From the NCBI GenBank assembly GCA_052327205.1, contig CM126207.1, positions 251,162,001 to 251,226,000 of the forward strand: a stretch of 64,000 bases of DNA. Direction: 5' to 3'. A program made the position numbers and the translations under genes. The stretch comes from Somniosus microcephalus. Taxonomy: Eukaryota. This document shows, one piece after another, positions 40,633-52,843 of the stretch (position 1 is its first letter; every line of letters begins with the position of its first letter). Under the pieces are notes generated by a model. The model had not been told where the DNA came from, made no database searches, and worked only from the letters and a program-made list of their open reading frames with translations.

Positions 40633-41689
40633 TGGTTTCTCTCTCCACAGATGCTGCCTGACCTGCTGAGTGTTTCAAGCATTTTCTGTTTTTATTTCAG
40701 ATTTCCAGCATCCGCAGTTTTTCTTTTGTGAAAATAAATTCATTAGTATGTTTAGTTGTCTCTATGTCTGGAAAAAAACAAAATGGCCAGCTGTTGCTTG
40801 GCACTGCAGAGAAATGGGGCAGCTGTTGGTAATGAAGAAAGAATAATTGAACTATTATTTGTTATTAGGGCTCTATTCTAAATTTCCATTCCAAAATAAT
40901 TCATATAAATGGTTGAGATTTCATACTCGGAAAATTCTTCAATTATATTTCTACGATTTAATCCTGCGGCATCCATTTTAAAAGGGTGGGAACTTCATTT
41001 TTATTCCTGTTGTAATATGGTACCTGTTACTTCCTGAAGTCCCCTACATTTTCAGTGGGAAATCAACCAAACAGAAAAGCTTGTTACACTTTGTGTCCTG
41101 ATGTGAAAAGTTTCACCATTACTAGCCTTACATTTTTGTTCCTTCTATGATTTATTTCTGTACCTTTAATCACAGGTCCATTGTTCTTAGTTACAAAGTG
41201 CCCGTTCACCTGTATAGTCAATAAACTGGGCATATGCTTACAGAAAGGAGGGAGGTAAAAACCTGATCTATGTATTTATTGTACAAATTCTCACGTGGGA
41301 GCTGGATGGCTTATTGACCTGAATGGACATAATCCAATTTTGGTGATTTATACAAACACGAGAGGCAGATATTGACCCCAAGCCAACCTGAAATTTCATA
41401 CACTGAGATGGTGGGAGTGGGGGTAACTTTTCCACAGGGTTTCTCCCACTTGTCTGCCATAACTTTGGTGGAAGAGCCACTTAAACCCCGGAAAAATGGT
41501 GTTGACGCCATTTTCTAAAGTTTCTGTGGCTCTTCTGTCGAATTCATGGTGGGTTAATGAGACGGCCGCAGAAATTCACCTCCTATAGCTTTCATGTAGC
41601 ACCCATGTTTAACCCTTTGTTGTCATTTGTTGATGGATTTTGTGCTTGTCAAAGTGACAATTAGTGCAGGGAAATTGATTTTTTTTCAC

Positions 41690-42150
41690 CTGATACAAAC
41701 ACTCCCAGAGAAGGTACAGCACGGTTTAGGCACAGCATAAAACTTCCTCTACAGGACCACAATGTAGCTGAACCCCAGTCCTGAAGAGCAACCCCATCTA
41801 TATCGATGTAATGGAGGGAAGGGAAGAGGTGTTTAGCCATGATGCACTGGACATCATGGTATGGGGTAGTCTTGATGGACCAGCTGGTCTTTTCCTGCCC
41901 GTCAATTTTATATGTTAGTTTTATTCCACCCCAGATGTCTTTCTGGCCTGTCAGAATGAGTCTGCCAATCTAAGGCTGAATTTTGTGAAGTGGATTTCTG
42001 CCCAGGGAAAACTAAATGAAGTAGACTTAGATTCATTTCACTCGGGACATTAACAACCAACTGGCAGGGGCGGGGGTGGTGAAGAATACTGGGCTGGATT
42101 CACTCCTAACGTCACACCAGTGAAAACACAGTACTCTAAGTCACCTGGCT
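41690..42150 (-). mobile_element. LF-SINE-like relic interrupted by a CR1-like tail (~41800-41915)
   Basis: Similar to 7175-7480 (ttcatttcac, gggctggatt). Confidence 0.4.
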
Positions 42151-45100
42151 TACATTTAACTATACTCTTGATTTGGAAAATTTGTAATTTTGTCCACTAT
42201 AAAGCAGGGTCCGATATATCCAGGCTCATTAAAAGTGAATTTAAGTGCTGGAACTTCATTGAAACGAGTAAGTTCATAATACGTATGTAGAAGGAACAGT
42301 AGAGAGGGTTGAGCTGGTAGAAAGGAGAGCCTAGTGTGTACAACTGTCATAGAAAGTTCCTGAAAAAGGTTGACTGACGCAAGCAACAACTGTTACACTT
42401 AGGTCAGGAAAACTGCTCTAGAATGATAAGTTTCCCTCCCCCAAAAATGTGATTAAGCATTAAAGGCAACATCAAATTTAATTAAAACTGATGCAGTGTT
42501 AATCCATTATATACTCTGTAACTTCTGTTGTGCAAACTTAACTGCATGAATTTAGCATGGTTAGCACTTCCTGTTCCTGTCATGACTTTAATAGGAGAGT
42601 TTCTTTCTGTTGTGGGTTTAAAAATATTTTAAAGGTACCGCTATATGACTGTCATGAGTTTGATGACCTTTTAAGAGGTCAAACCTTTCTCACAATGTGG
42701 CATGCTTGTGTCGGAGTCAGGAGGTGGCATTGAGCTGATCCAGTGTTACTTACCATAAGTTAACATGTCTGTCGCTTCCAAATATGTCTTCTATAAAAGA
42801 TTGTTTAATTTTAACTGAAAAAATGTAATTTTCTCAATGAACAGCCATTTTAATTATTGGGGAAGTTAACATATGCTTATTGGCTAGTTGGATTTTCCAT
42901 TTGTCTGAAAAGGTGCACCACAGGATTTATTATAAAACTTAAGAAGCGCTGCTTTGGTAAACCATCTTGCAGAACAGTTTACCATTGGAAGGTCTGATGC
43001 TGCATCACTGACTGTGTCTACCACTATAAATGAGCTGCCTATCTTGGAGTTTGAATGAATCATAATGCATAATGCATAAATCTGAAAAACAAAATTGCAC
43101 ATGGAAGTTTGGATTGTGGCAGGTACAGCACATGCTGGACTCTGAGGTTTAGGAGCTGGCTGATTCTGGAGCCACAGCTTCCATATACTCCCAAATACAG
43201 TGACGACAGTGACTCTTTAATAAGATACTGTCATTCATCAAAAATAATATGGCTTCTCCTGACTGCCATGACATTGATGCCTACCCCCTGAAATGCCCTG
43301 GAATGTGCTGAGGTATACCAGTGAATACCAAATATATAACAGACTGGACAGAGGTGAATGGACAGGAATAATTTGTTTCTTATATAAATAAATGTACCTT
43401 TGCTAGTATGATTTTATATTTGTCTGTATCCCAATGAGGGCTTGGAATTTATAACAGCAGTTTTAATGTAATTGGTGTCATTGTGGTGTTAATTGCCGAA
43501 TGATTACAAAAAGATTCAATACAAACCCCTAATTTTAACCACTAATTTAGATTGAAAAGTTTGAACCCAACCCTTGGCAAAGAGAGTCCTTATCTTACAC
43601 TATTCCTGTTGTTTTGTTTTATTGCCCAATGTATTATTACTTTCAAATTCAGATATTAAACACTGTTTGAGCACACCCACCGTGTTTTGGATATAGAAGA
43701 TTAATGACCTATTTGCCATGGAAAAGACATTAGACTCAAAAGAGTTTTCAGAATATGACGTGTTGCCTAAAGTTGTGCAAGGCCTCTCCTAGAAAGTGGC
43801 TGTCATAATGAATGTGATGCAGAAACCTTCTGAACAGGAATGTGGGCCACTAAATTGAGAAATTGTTCTGTTGAAAGGCCTGGCATTGACCACATTCCTA
43901 TTTCAGCCTCGGGGCATTCCAAGGCAGTTCTTAAACAAAGCACTGTTGATTAATATGGGATTGAGTGACACCTTTGAACGTCAGAGCTCCAGCTAACAGC
44001 GTTATTAGACACTCAACACGAGGTGTACGGATTCCTTGTGGTGAAAACTGATGCTTAAGTTCCGTTTGGCTCAGGTTTAACACTTTATTCTGAGCGCTTG
44101 CTAACTGCTAATCTCAAGATGCCACCAAATAAATCCATTGGAAGCATTTAGCAGATGCTGATGCTAGACTGCAATTACAGAAGTGAGTGAGCAGGCCTGT
44201 GTTTGAGAGTCACATTTTGGGATGAGACTGGCTTACTGTATATTCTGTTACATAATAAGGCTCCAGATCACTCATCATTAATTAATAATGAGAACCCACT
44301 GAATTTTTCAGAAGACATGCTTGTCAAGAAGATGGACATCTATGAAATGACCACAAATGATCCTAGCCAACATGGGTTTTATTCTTATCATCTGTTGCAC
44401 AGTTATATCTTGAGAGAATATTATATTTGTATTCTGAATTTTGTTTAAAATAAAATCAAGCATATGAGCAGGAAGGAGCCATCATGATTATACGCAACCA
44501 TATGAAAATATTTGACATTTGCATTGCCTATCACTGAAAATATCCTGGGGTGGGGGTTGGGTGATTAGCACAGTAGAGTCTCCATAACACACTCTTTAGG
44601 AGTTTTGCTAACTGTTTAGTGAGGACTTTATTATATAAAAAGGTGTTTTATATGACAGTGGAACTCAACACAGGGTGAACAAGTCTGCTGCTCCTACCTT
44701 ATATGACAATGTTTGGTAAAGACAGCCAGCCATCCATGGACCTTCATGAGAAGCATCATCACCCAGCAGTGAAAGAGACATTTCAACAATCAAAAAGTGA
44801 ATGCTTTGTGGGGAGCACAGGAAGGCGGAGGAGGGAGCACCCACAATCTGCCCAAATACATTTCAAAGTATACCAAAGGACATATTTCCATCAAAATGCC
44901 ATGAATGTTCTCGACAACAATGCTTGGATTCCGAGGGCGCTGCCTGGGTCTTGTAAAGAAAGACTATTTCCCTTTTTTCCCTGCCCACACAGGCTACATA
45001 TCAATATATATGTTGATAAAATCCAGAGGCTATGACGTCCAGCTGAAATGAAACTTCTTCTTTCTCACAGTCTATAATACAGTACTTTCCCTGTGATCAT

Positions 45101-45214
45101 GCACCCTCTGTAATTCAAAACCCCAGAAAGGTTAAATAGCAACAAAGTTCAGAGAAAAAAAAGCTAAAGTACAAAAAACAGCCATTGCTTACTAACTTGG
45201 ACAATAAAAGAAAA

Positions 45215-45725
45215 AAAAAGGACTTGCATTTATATAGCGCCTTTCCCAACCATTGGATGTCCCAAAGTGCTTTACAGCCAATGAAGCGCTTTTTTTGAAG
45301 TCTAGTCGCTGTTGTAATGTAGGAAACGCAGCAGCCAATTTGCGCACAGCAAGCTCCCTCAAATAGCAATGTGATAATGATCAGATAATCTCTTTTAGTG
45401 AGGTCAATATAGCTGGAATACTATGCAGCTATTATTTTAGTTAGTCAATATTTTTCATTAACTCTGTATACCACTCATCTCAGGACTATACTTGAGCTAT
45501 CATAAGGATGAATTATATGGTTCATCTTGAAAAGAAAAGAACTTGCATTTATCCAACACCTTTCGCGACCTCAGGAGCCCCAAAGCATTTCACATACATT
45601 TGAAGCATAGTCACTGTTGTATTGTAGGGAAACGTGGCATCTAATTTACACACACCAAGGTTCCACAAACAGCAATGAGATAAATGACCAATTAACCTGT
45701 TTTAATGATGTTGGTTGACCAGGAT
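45215..45725 (-). mobile_element. Two partial DeuSINE/L2-tail fragments
   Basis: acttgcatttat...gtc(g/a)ctgttgta blocks starting at ~45222 and ~45541. Confidence 0.65.
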
Positions 45726-46487
45726 ACATTTATCCCTCCAGAAATTGTGCTGTGTGCGGCTCCATTTGTAGGAAATTCCCTTGCTATTTAACAAAGGTGT
45801 TAATCCCCGTATTCTGAGGCTGACACCACAGCATCCAGTTACTCATCCGCTACAGTCATGATAGTTTATTGTTGTGTTAAGTAATTTTATTTAAGGCCTA
45901 AAATGGAAATGAGTAATTCTAAACTGATGAATTTGTGCCAGTAATAACATTGCAAAGAATTTACAGCTGATTGCCATCACCTGTAATGATCATTGAATTA
46001 AAACAGTGTTTAAGTTACCAGCATGCAGGAACTGACGAGGTGAAAGAATTACTTGTTCAGGATGATGAGGAGCTAACCCTTTATCATCTGCATATGTATG
46101 CACTTAAAATAATTACGTACTTAAGAGAAGTTCTGAATGTACTTACAGTTGTGACATTAATAACATTTCAAGTGACCAAGGGGTGAGTATTTAGAGTACT
46201 TATTGAATTATGTCAGCACACTTGACCAGTCGGGAGTGACTATTTTGTTCACAGGAAGGCAGCATAGCGTATTTAATCCTGTACAATAGCTCAGCATGTT
46301 GGTGGCTGGAACATTTCAGCTATATTGTTCTGAAAAGGGGGGAAAATATTTTTACTTTGCTTAGAGAGAAAAAAAATCCAAGTTTATTTGAAGCTCTGAC
46401 CTTTGTTTTGAGCGTTCTGAGGCCTTGAAGTTATGGTGTATGGAGATCAGTTTACGCTTAACACGTTCACATGAAATGCCTCAGGTC

Positions 46488-46844
46488 TGGGGTTGGTAAT
46501 TCTGGTTTGGACGTATTCCTGGAAGTTTCATTACATGACCTGCAACCACCCCGCGCCGTCATTGGTCACCTGACACCTCCATCCTCGTGGAGCACGGCCG
46601 CCTCACGCCAATTGGAGAGCGAACAGATTCTTCATTGTCTGATTGGATGATTCTTGACTGTCAGTCAAACAGCCTTTTCCCCACATCTCCTATATTGTTA
46701 TATAAATAATAATAAACAAAAGTATTCAAAGAAAATGAAAAAAAAACTTTTTTTAATGCCCCTATGGTTTTTCTCCGAAGTCTTGGAGACTAATCTACAA
46801 AATCCTGGAGACTCCTAGGCAATCCTGGAGTGTTGGCAACCCTA
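46488..46844. mobile_element. Non-autonomous DNA transposon with TAGGGTTGCCAA-type TIRs (hAT-like)
   Basis: Left tggggttggtaa, right ttggcaacccta; internal tcctggag repeats. Confidence 0.55.
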
Positions 46845-48512
46845 CTCTGCTCCTATTTTAACATATATAAATGGGTTAATACCTCCTATAAAATAGAAGA
46901 TCAAAGAATTTCATTCACTGCCGTTTGCGCTGTGCAATTTTAAGGCTGGAGTGATTGCCGTGTGTCCAAATGACTGCTTGTTTTGTGCCTCACTGCTTTT
47001 CATATTCTGGGGAAGGCCCAACCCAACAAGCAAAGATGCTCAAGTAAAATCGGACTTCTTGCCTGTCTGAAATTCTGTCTGCTAGTTAGAGAAACATTCT
47101 TACATTGTTATGTTTATTTTATATTTTACTGGTATTGTTTTGTAGAATTTGGCCTCAAAATAAGTCTCCAGTGATTTGTCTGTCAGATCATTATTGGTTA
47201 AAGATGAACAGCACTGCACTGTTTCCATGGTAACTGAGCATGATTTTGTTTCCAGGGTAACTGCTTGCAGTATCTTAGATAATACAAACAGGTCCATTAC
47301 CTTTTTTTTTCTATTTCACTCATCACTGTGTAGATTTTCCTTTGAAAAAAGATCCTCTTTGAATACAAATATATACAAAACGAAAATGTAAATCAGAAGT
47401 TACAGTTTTAAAGCCTAGAGCAATGCAAGGTATTAAATTATTAATCCCAGCAGCCAGAATTATAAGCCTTTTGGTTTTTCTGTATTTAATATTTAACAAT
47501 GTACCCATTTGATTTGTTTTAACCTTTTGATTACAAGCTGTCTGTTACAAAGGTCTTTTCAGTTTTAAATGTTTTGACTTGCATAATATGAAAATACATC
47601 TTGCATAACATTTATGAATAACCGAATAAAAACAATGCTATCCATGCAACAGAAGGTTTCCCACTTACCAACAAGTAACCATCCTCCTTGTGGGGAGGGG
47701 GGGGGGTCTCTTTGGGTTTGAGGTTGTCGTACGGTACCTAGTAATGGAAGTTTGGAATCAGGTCAACCATCTATAGCAGATTTGATAGTTGGATAACTGA
47801 GCCAAGCTGTCCCTCTGTCCTCCAAGGCACAGTTGATCATCGACCAAGCAGTTTGATTCACTGACAAAACCTGGAGAAATAGACATATCACTGGGACTGG
47901 GATTCTTCCTAGCTCCAGATAACATTGTCAGCCAATGCCCTAACAGGTAAGGTGGTTCCAGACTCCACAAGGAGCACAGCATTTATCACCGGAAGGCAGG
48001 GCAGTCTTAACCGGGTAAACTCCAGCAGAACTTCTGCACACACTTAGAAGTCCTCAGACTTTGGTTCTGTCAACCTGTACCTATATTCTGTAATTTGGGT
48101 AAGTGGGGTATGTCCCAGAGGGAGATGTGTACACCTCATGTTGGGCAAATAGAAACTTTACTCATGTGGATTTTTCGGTAGCTTTTTGGAAACATAGTGA
48201 TGTCTTTCTGTGCAATTCAGATATCCAAATACCCCCCAAAACACTCATAATCTGTACTTAATAAAAATAGACTTTGATCTTCATATAGAAAGTAAAGAAA
48301 ACGTAATTACATAAATATTTCTTCTCCTCTTCTCCCAGACTTATCTTGGGGTCTACTTCCATAGGAATAGACATCCCACCATTAACTTGTCTAAGTTGTC
48401 TTTCTTTACTTACGAGCCTAGACCCTAGATAGTAAATATCAGCAGGCGATTCGACTGCAGGGTTGTGGTGTTATAGTTGAGCTGATTCCTGTCCTCACTT
48501 TACAGCCTCACA

Positions 48513-48621
48513 GGTAGAGGTATCACAATTGGCCTCCATACCCCTGGCTAGATGGTCCTGCTAAGGTTTACTGGAGGACCATCTAGCCAGGGGTATGGAG
48601 GCCAATTGTGATACCTCTACC
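48513..48621. repeat. Perfect 47-bp inverted repeat with a 15-nt loop
   Basis: Arms 48513-48559 and 48575-48621 are exact reverse complements. Confidence 0.97.
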
Positions 48622-49326
48622 ACCACCTTGACTGAGGTCCACTAATGAATCACAGACCAAGGAATGCACCTGAAACCTTCCTGGTCTGGATGGCTCACTG
48701 GACAATACATTTACTCAACGAGCCATCTGGAGAAGCTCAGATTTTAATATTTTTTATCTTGGTTTTAATTGTATGAAATCTGCAGCACTGGACACAAGTA
48801 GAGTTTATATATAAACATGATATAATGGCCTAGAAATTCAGTTGCGTTCGCCAGCCATTAGCGCCATAAGAGGAGTAGATTTCGAGCGCTAGGCACTTAG
48901 CGCCCAGGCGCAGGCCGATCTGCGCCTACGCCCAACTTCAGTTGACATTTAGCGCCGGCGCAAAGTGTTTGCGCCCGCTCAGCTGCGCGCGCAGCTTATG
49001 ACGTCATTTTGTCGTGCAACGCTGTTTGTGCGCCCCAAACCGGAACTTCAGTGGCGCCCGCCCAATGTGGGCGTGGCGCTGTTAAGAACTGTGAAGTGGA
49101 ACGCAGCAGAGGCCCTGCGGGCCTCGGGGAGCGCTAATTAAAGGGCACTCAGGCTGGACTATAAAGGCCAGCCATTTTGCTGCAATGACTTTAGTGCTTT
49201 GGATTTCTGGACAGAGACCAAGGAACAGGCCTTACTGATTTGGGACAACATAGGAGAGGTATTTTTGGCTTCTGGCCAGAGCTTGGAAATTTGACTCATT
49301 GTGATTTCACTGTTTGCAAGTATATT

Positions 49327-50478
49327 ATGGGGGCTGCATGGGGTTCCAACCCTCAGTTCCAGCATTATGTGCGAAGGGCTCGCAGACGCTGTGTGAGAGG
49401 GGCAGCCATGCCTAGACGCAGAGGGGCCATCAGGCGTTGGCAACGTAGGCCTTACCCACTCAGGGAATACCGGCAGCAGGTGTCCTATCTCACCATGACT
49501 GCCGCGCATTGTGTGAAGAGGCTGCGCTTCAGAAGGGAGGTGGTTGCAGAGATCTGCCAGCTGCTTCACAGAGATCTGCGTCCACAGCTGATGTGCAAGA
49601 TGTCTCTGTCGGTGGAAGTGAAGGTCACGGTGGCTCTGAACTTTTATGCAAGCGGCTCCTTCCAAGCCGCTGCTGGGGACATAGCGAACATCTCCCAGTT
49701 CGTCGTGCATCGCTGCATCCGGCAGGTCACCGATGCCCTTTTCGCAAGGAGACACCAATTCATCTCCTTCCCCGTGACCCTAGAGAGGCAGGAGCAGCGT
49801 GCAGTCGGATTTGCCAGGATTGCCGACTTCCCCATGGTGCAGGGCGCCATTGACTGCACGCATGTGGCTATGCGGGCACCTATCGACAATGCCGAGGATT
49901 ACCGCAACCGGAAGGGCTACCATTCCCTCAATGTACAGCTGGTGTGTGACCACAGGCAGTGCATCCTAGCTGTCAATGCCCGCTTTCCAGGAAGCAGCCA
50001 CGATGCATTTATCCTGCGCCAGACTACTGTGGCTGACATGTTCCAGGCACAGCCTCCCCCAAGGGGATGGCTTATCGGGGACAAGGGCTACCCTTTGTGT
50101 ACATGGCTCATGACCCCGCTCCGCGCGCCCAGGACCCCTGCTGAGGAGGCATACAACGAAAGCCATCAAGCCACAAGGAACATCATAGAGCAAACGATTG
50201 GCGTCCTCAAGCAACGGTTCCGCTGCCTGGATCGTTCCGGCGGATCTCTACAGTATTCGCCGGATAGAGTCTCCCAGTTCGTCGTCGTTTGCTGCATGCT
50301 GCACAACCTGGCTATCCGCAGGACTCAGGCACTGCCACCTCACGTTGGACCACCGCCTCAGGAGGACGAGCAGGAGGACCATGAGGAGGAGGAGGAGGAG
50401 GAGGAGGAGTACCAGCCCAGGAGGGAGCCACAAGGTCCAAGGGCCGTCCGCCGGCGGCTTATTGAACGACACTTCTAG
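49327..50478 (+). CDS. Harbinger DDE transposase (HARBI1-like), 383 aa from the first ATG
   Basis: Uninterrupted ORF; GAIDCTH, LIGDKGY and RNIIEQTIGVLKQRFRCL triad motifs; NRKGYHS, CCMLHN; acidic C-terminus; TATA-like ctataaa at ~49159. Confidence 0.95.
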   Translation: MGAAWGSNPQFQHYVRRARRRCVRGAAMPRRRGAIRRWQRRPYPLREYRQQVSYLTMTAAHCVKRLRFRREVVAEICQLLHRDLRPQLMCKMSLSVEVKVTVALNFYASGSFQAAAGDIANISQFVVHRCIRQVTDALFARRHQFISFPVTLERQEQRAVGFARIADFPMVQGAIDCTHVAMRAPIDNAEDYRNRKGYHSLNVQLVCDHRQCILAVNARFPGSSHDAFILRQTTVADMFQAQPPPRGWLIGDKGYPLCTWLMTPLRAPRTPAEEAYNESHQATRNIIEQTIGVLKQRFRCLDRSGGSLQYSPDRVSQFVVVCCMLHNLAIRRTQALPPHVGPPPQEDEQEDHEEEEEEEEEYQPRREPQGPRAVRRRLIERHF

Positions 50479-50591
50479 GCCCCCTCTCAGGGAATGGCTT
50501 GTGGCAATGAACGCACCTGAATGCAGCCGCTCCGCAAGCCCTCAGCCGGTTAACGCAACAACCACTTGAAACATGACACATGAACAAGCTG

Positions 50592-50611
50592 AATAAATAA
50601 AAAGCTTTATT
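50592..50611. terminator. Bidirectional polyadenylation signals between the convergent Harbinger genes
   Basis: AATAAA at 50592 and 50596 (+); TTTATT at 50606-50611 (AATAAA on minus). Confidence 0.7.
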
Positions 50612-51049
50612 TAACAAACTCAGGGCCCTTCCCACATGAAACACAAAAACAGACAACACCCCCAAAAAACAGTCAAAAACATATCTCACTCCCACAACCT
50701 GGGGAGGAATAACAAAACTTGTCCATCCAATTGGCCTTCATCCTCGGCCTTACCAAGACAAACCCCCCCATACAGAACACAAACACCCCCATCTAAAAAA
50801 ACATTTGCCATCATCTTCGGCCTTACCAAAATAAACCCCCCCCATACAGAACACAAACAACCCCATCTAAAAAAACATTTGGCAACACACTCTACTTGGT
50901 GTGCCGAGAGGGCGAGTCCTTGTGCAGGCTTCTCTGGCCCCTGCCCGACCTGCTGCTCTGCCTCAACCTGGGCCCTGTGGGTGTTGCAAGGCTGGGGGAA
51001 GGCTCCTGAGGGGCACAAAGCGTGACGGCAGATGCCCTTGGGGGTCGGC

Positions 51050-52843
51050 CTAGACGAGGTCCGGCCCTGGAGGGGCCGGCTGCTGACTGCTGCAGCTGTG
51101 GCTGGGCAGCATCAGTCTCTCCAGCAGCTTTGCTGGGGGAGTGGCAGTGGCGGCTGCAGCAATGGGGGCAAGCTGGCTGATGCCAGGCGCTCGCTGGTCG
51201 CCAGAGACACTGGTACTCGGCCGGGCTGGCACTGCAGCAAGCGCAGCAATCTGGTGAAGGCCAGACCGCTGTGCTGCAGCAGCGCGGCGGGTGCCCTGGC
51301 GATGCGTCCGTGACACAGCGAGTGTGGCAGAAGTGAGTGCCCGTACTGCCCTGGTCTGTGCCCGCATCAGACCAGCCAGTGTCTGCACGGCACCACTCAT
51401 GAACTCTCGACTCGCGTCCTGTGCTGCCGCGAGTTGTTCGACACCCCTGGCCTGTGAGTCCCCGAAATCGGCCACACTATGAGCCAGGGACTCAATGGCC
51501 TGAGGCAACTGTCCCACAACCCCCATGAACTCGGTGTGGCGCCGCTCCGAATCCGCGGACATTTGATCAAGGAGGCGCACCTCCTGGGCGAGGACCGTCT
51601 CCGGACTGGAGGCCGGACTCTCCCTCTGGGGAGAAGGCCGCCGAGCTGGCCGACCCTTCCCGCGTGGCTGGACGCCACTGGGCCCAGCAACTGCCCTCCC
51701 CTGCAACACTTCCCCCCTCTGGGGAGAAGGCAGCCGTGCTGCCCGACCCTTCCCGCGTGGCTGCACGCCACTGGGCCCAGCAACTGCCCTCCCCTGCAAC
51801 ACTTCCCCCCTCTGGGGAGAAGGCAGCCGTGCTGCCCGACCCTTCCCGCGTGGCTGCACACCACTGGGCACAGGAGCTACACCCCCCTGCAACACTTCCC
51901 CCTGGCTCTCCTCCAGGCAAGACGTGTCCCCTCCATTGCCATCCCCTGGCGCGGATGAGGGTTCCCCCGATGTGCCGCCTTCCTCTTGGTCCTCGTCGTC
52001 CTCCTCTTCCGAGGGACTGACACTCGCGGCTTCAGGGACCTCCTCCTCACCAGCTGAAAGCAGGAAGGCGCAAGAGTAGCTTTAGAGTGAGGACAGGGCG
52101 TCAGCGAGGGAGGCATGAGTGGTGGCATTATGCGCATTGGTGGGACAGTGGCAAAGGATGTAGATCTGAAACGCAAGGGGAACGAGAGAGGTCCAAACGG
52201 TCATGTCCTTACCATTGGGGCCCAGCACAGGGTCGGCATCTCCAATAGCAACGGGGCCAATCACCCGGGCACGCATGAGTCGAGCCACGCGCTCCTCCAG
52301 GTCACTGAGCTCCTGGAACTGGACACGGCCTCCCCCGGTGACAGTCCGGCTCTTCAGATTCTGCGCCAGCTTGGCCTGCAAGAGAAAGGACGGCCTCTAA
52401 GTACAGTGTGGTGCCCTGTTGTTGTGTGCACTGCCTCCCATGGTCGAATAGCTTGGCCAGTGTGTCAAGTGCAGAAAGTGCTACTGATGATCATGCCAGT
52501 GCCATAGCTGCTGGAGGAGGGCTGGCCATTAGGCCTTTGAGGTCCCTTTGCCCATAATGTGAGGTGCACATGCAAGGATGAGGAGGACACTGGAAAGGGT
52601 ACTCACCCTGACCAACCGAGTGAGGTCGTTGAACTTCTTGCGGCATTGGTCACCAGTCCTGGGGACATCGCTGTTGGCTGTGACCCTCTGGGCGATTTCC
52701 CTCCAGGCTCTCCTGTACAGCCTCTTGGGAGCCTTCTTGCCACTGTCCGGGCACAAGATATCTCTTCCCTTCTCCAAACCCCTAAGCAGCACCCTCAAAG
52801 CATGCTCTGAGAAGCGCTGCGCTCGTTCACGGGCCTTCTGCAT
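51050..52843 (-). CDS. Harbinger Myb/SANT-like DNA-binding protein, 3 exons (52843-52607, 52375-52213, 52053-51050), predicted 467 aa
   Basis: Exon 1 RFSEHAL...AWREIA...RTGDQCRKKFNDL; donors GTGAGT and GTAAGG; acceptors tttctcttgcag and cctgctttcag; 237+163+1004=1404 nt, in frame to the stop; exon 2 carries the TGGG motif. Confidence 0.85.
51624..51902. repeat. 93-bp x3 in-frame tandem repeat in Myb exon 3
   Basis: ctctggggagaagg recurs at 51624, 51717 and 51810; 31-aa unit GEVLQGRAVAGPSGVQPRGKGRAARLPSPQR. Confidence 0.95.

Noticed and set aside
49159-49758. 199-aa antisense ORF and other overlapping ORFs in the Harbinger (e.g. 50636-51025, 50686-51018, 51479-51958) as a third gene
   Set aside because: No recognisable domains; explained as shadow frames of GC-rich coding or repeat sequence.
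49327-50478. Domesticated host gene HARBI1
   Set aside because: The ORF is intronless and lies inside TIRs with a TSD and a Myb partner gene, so it is a transposon gene.
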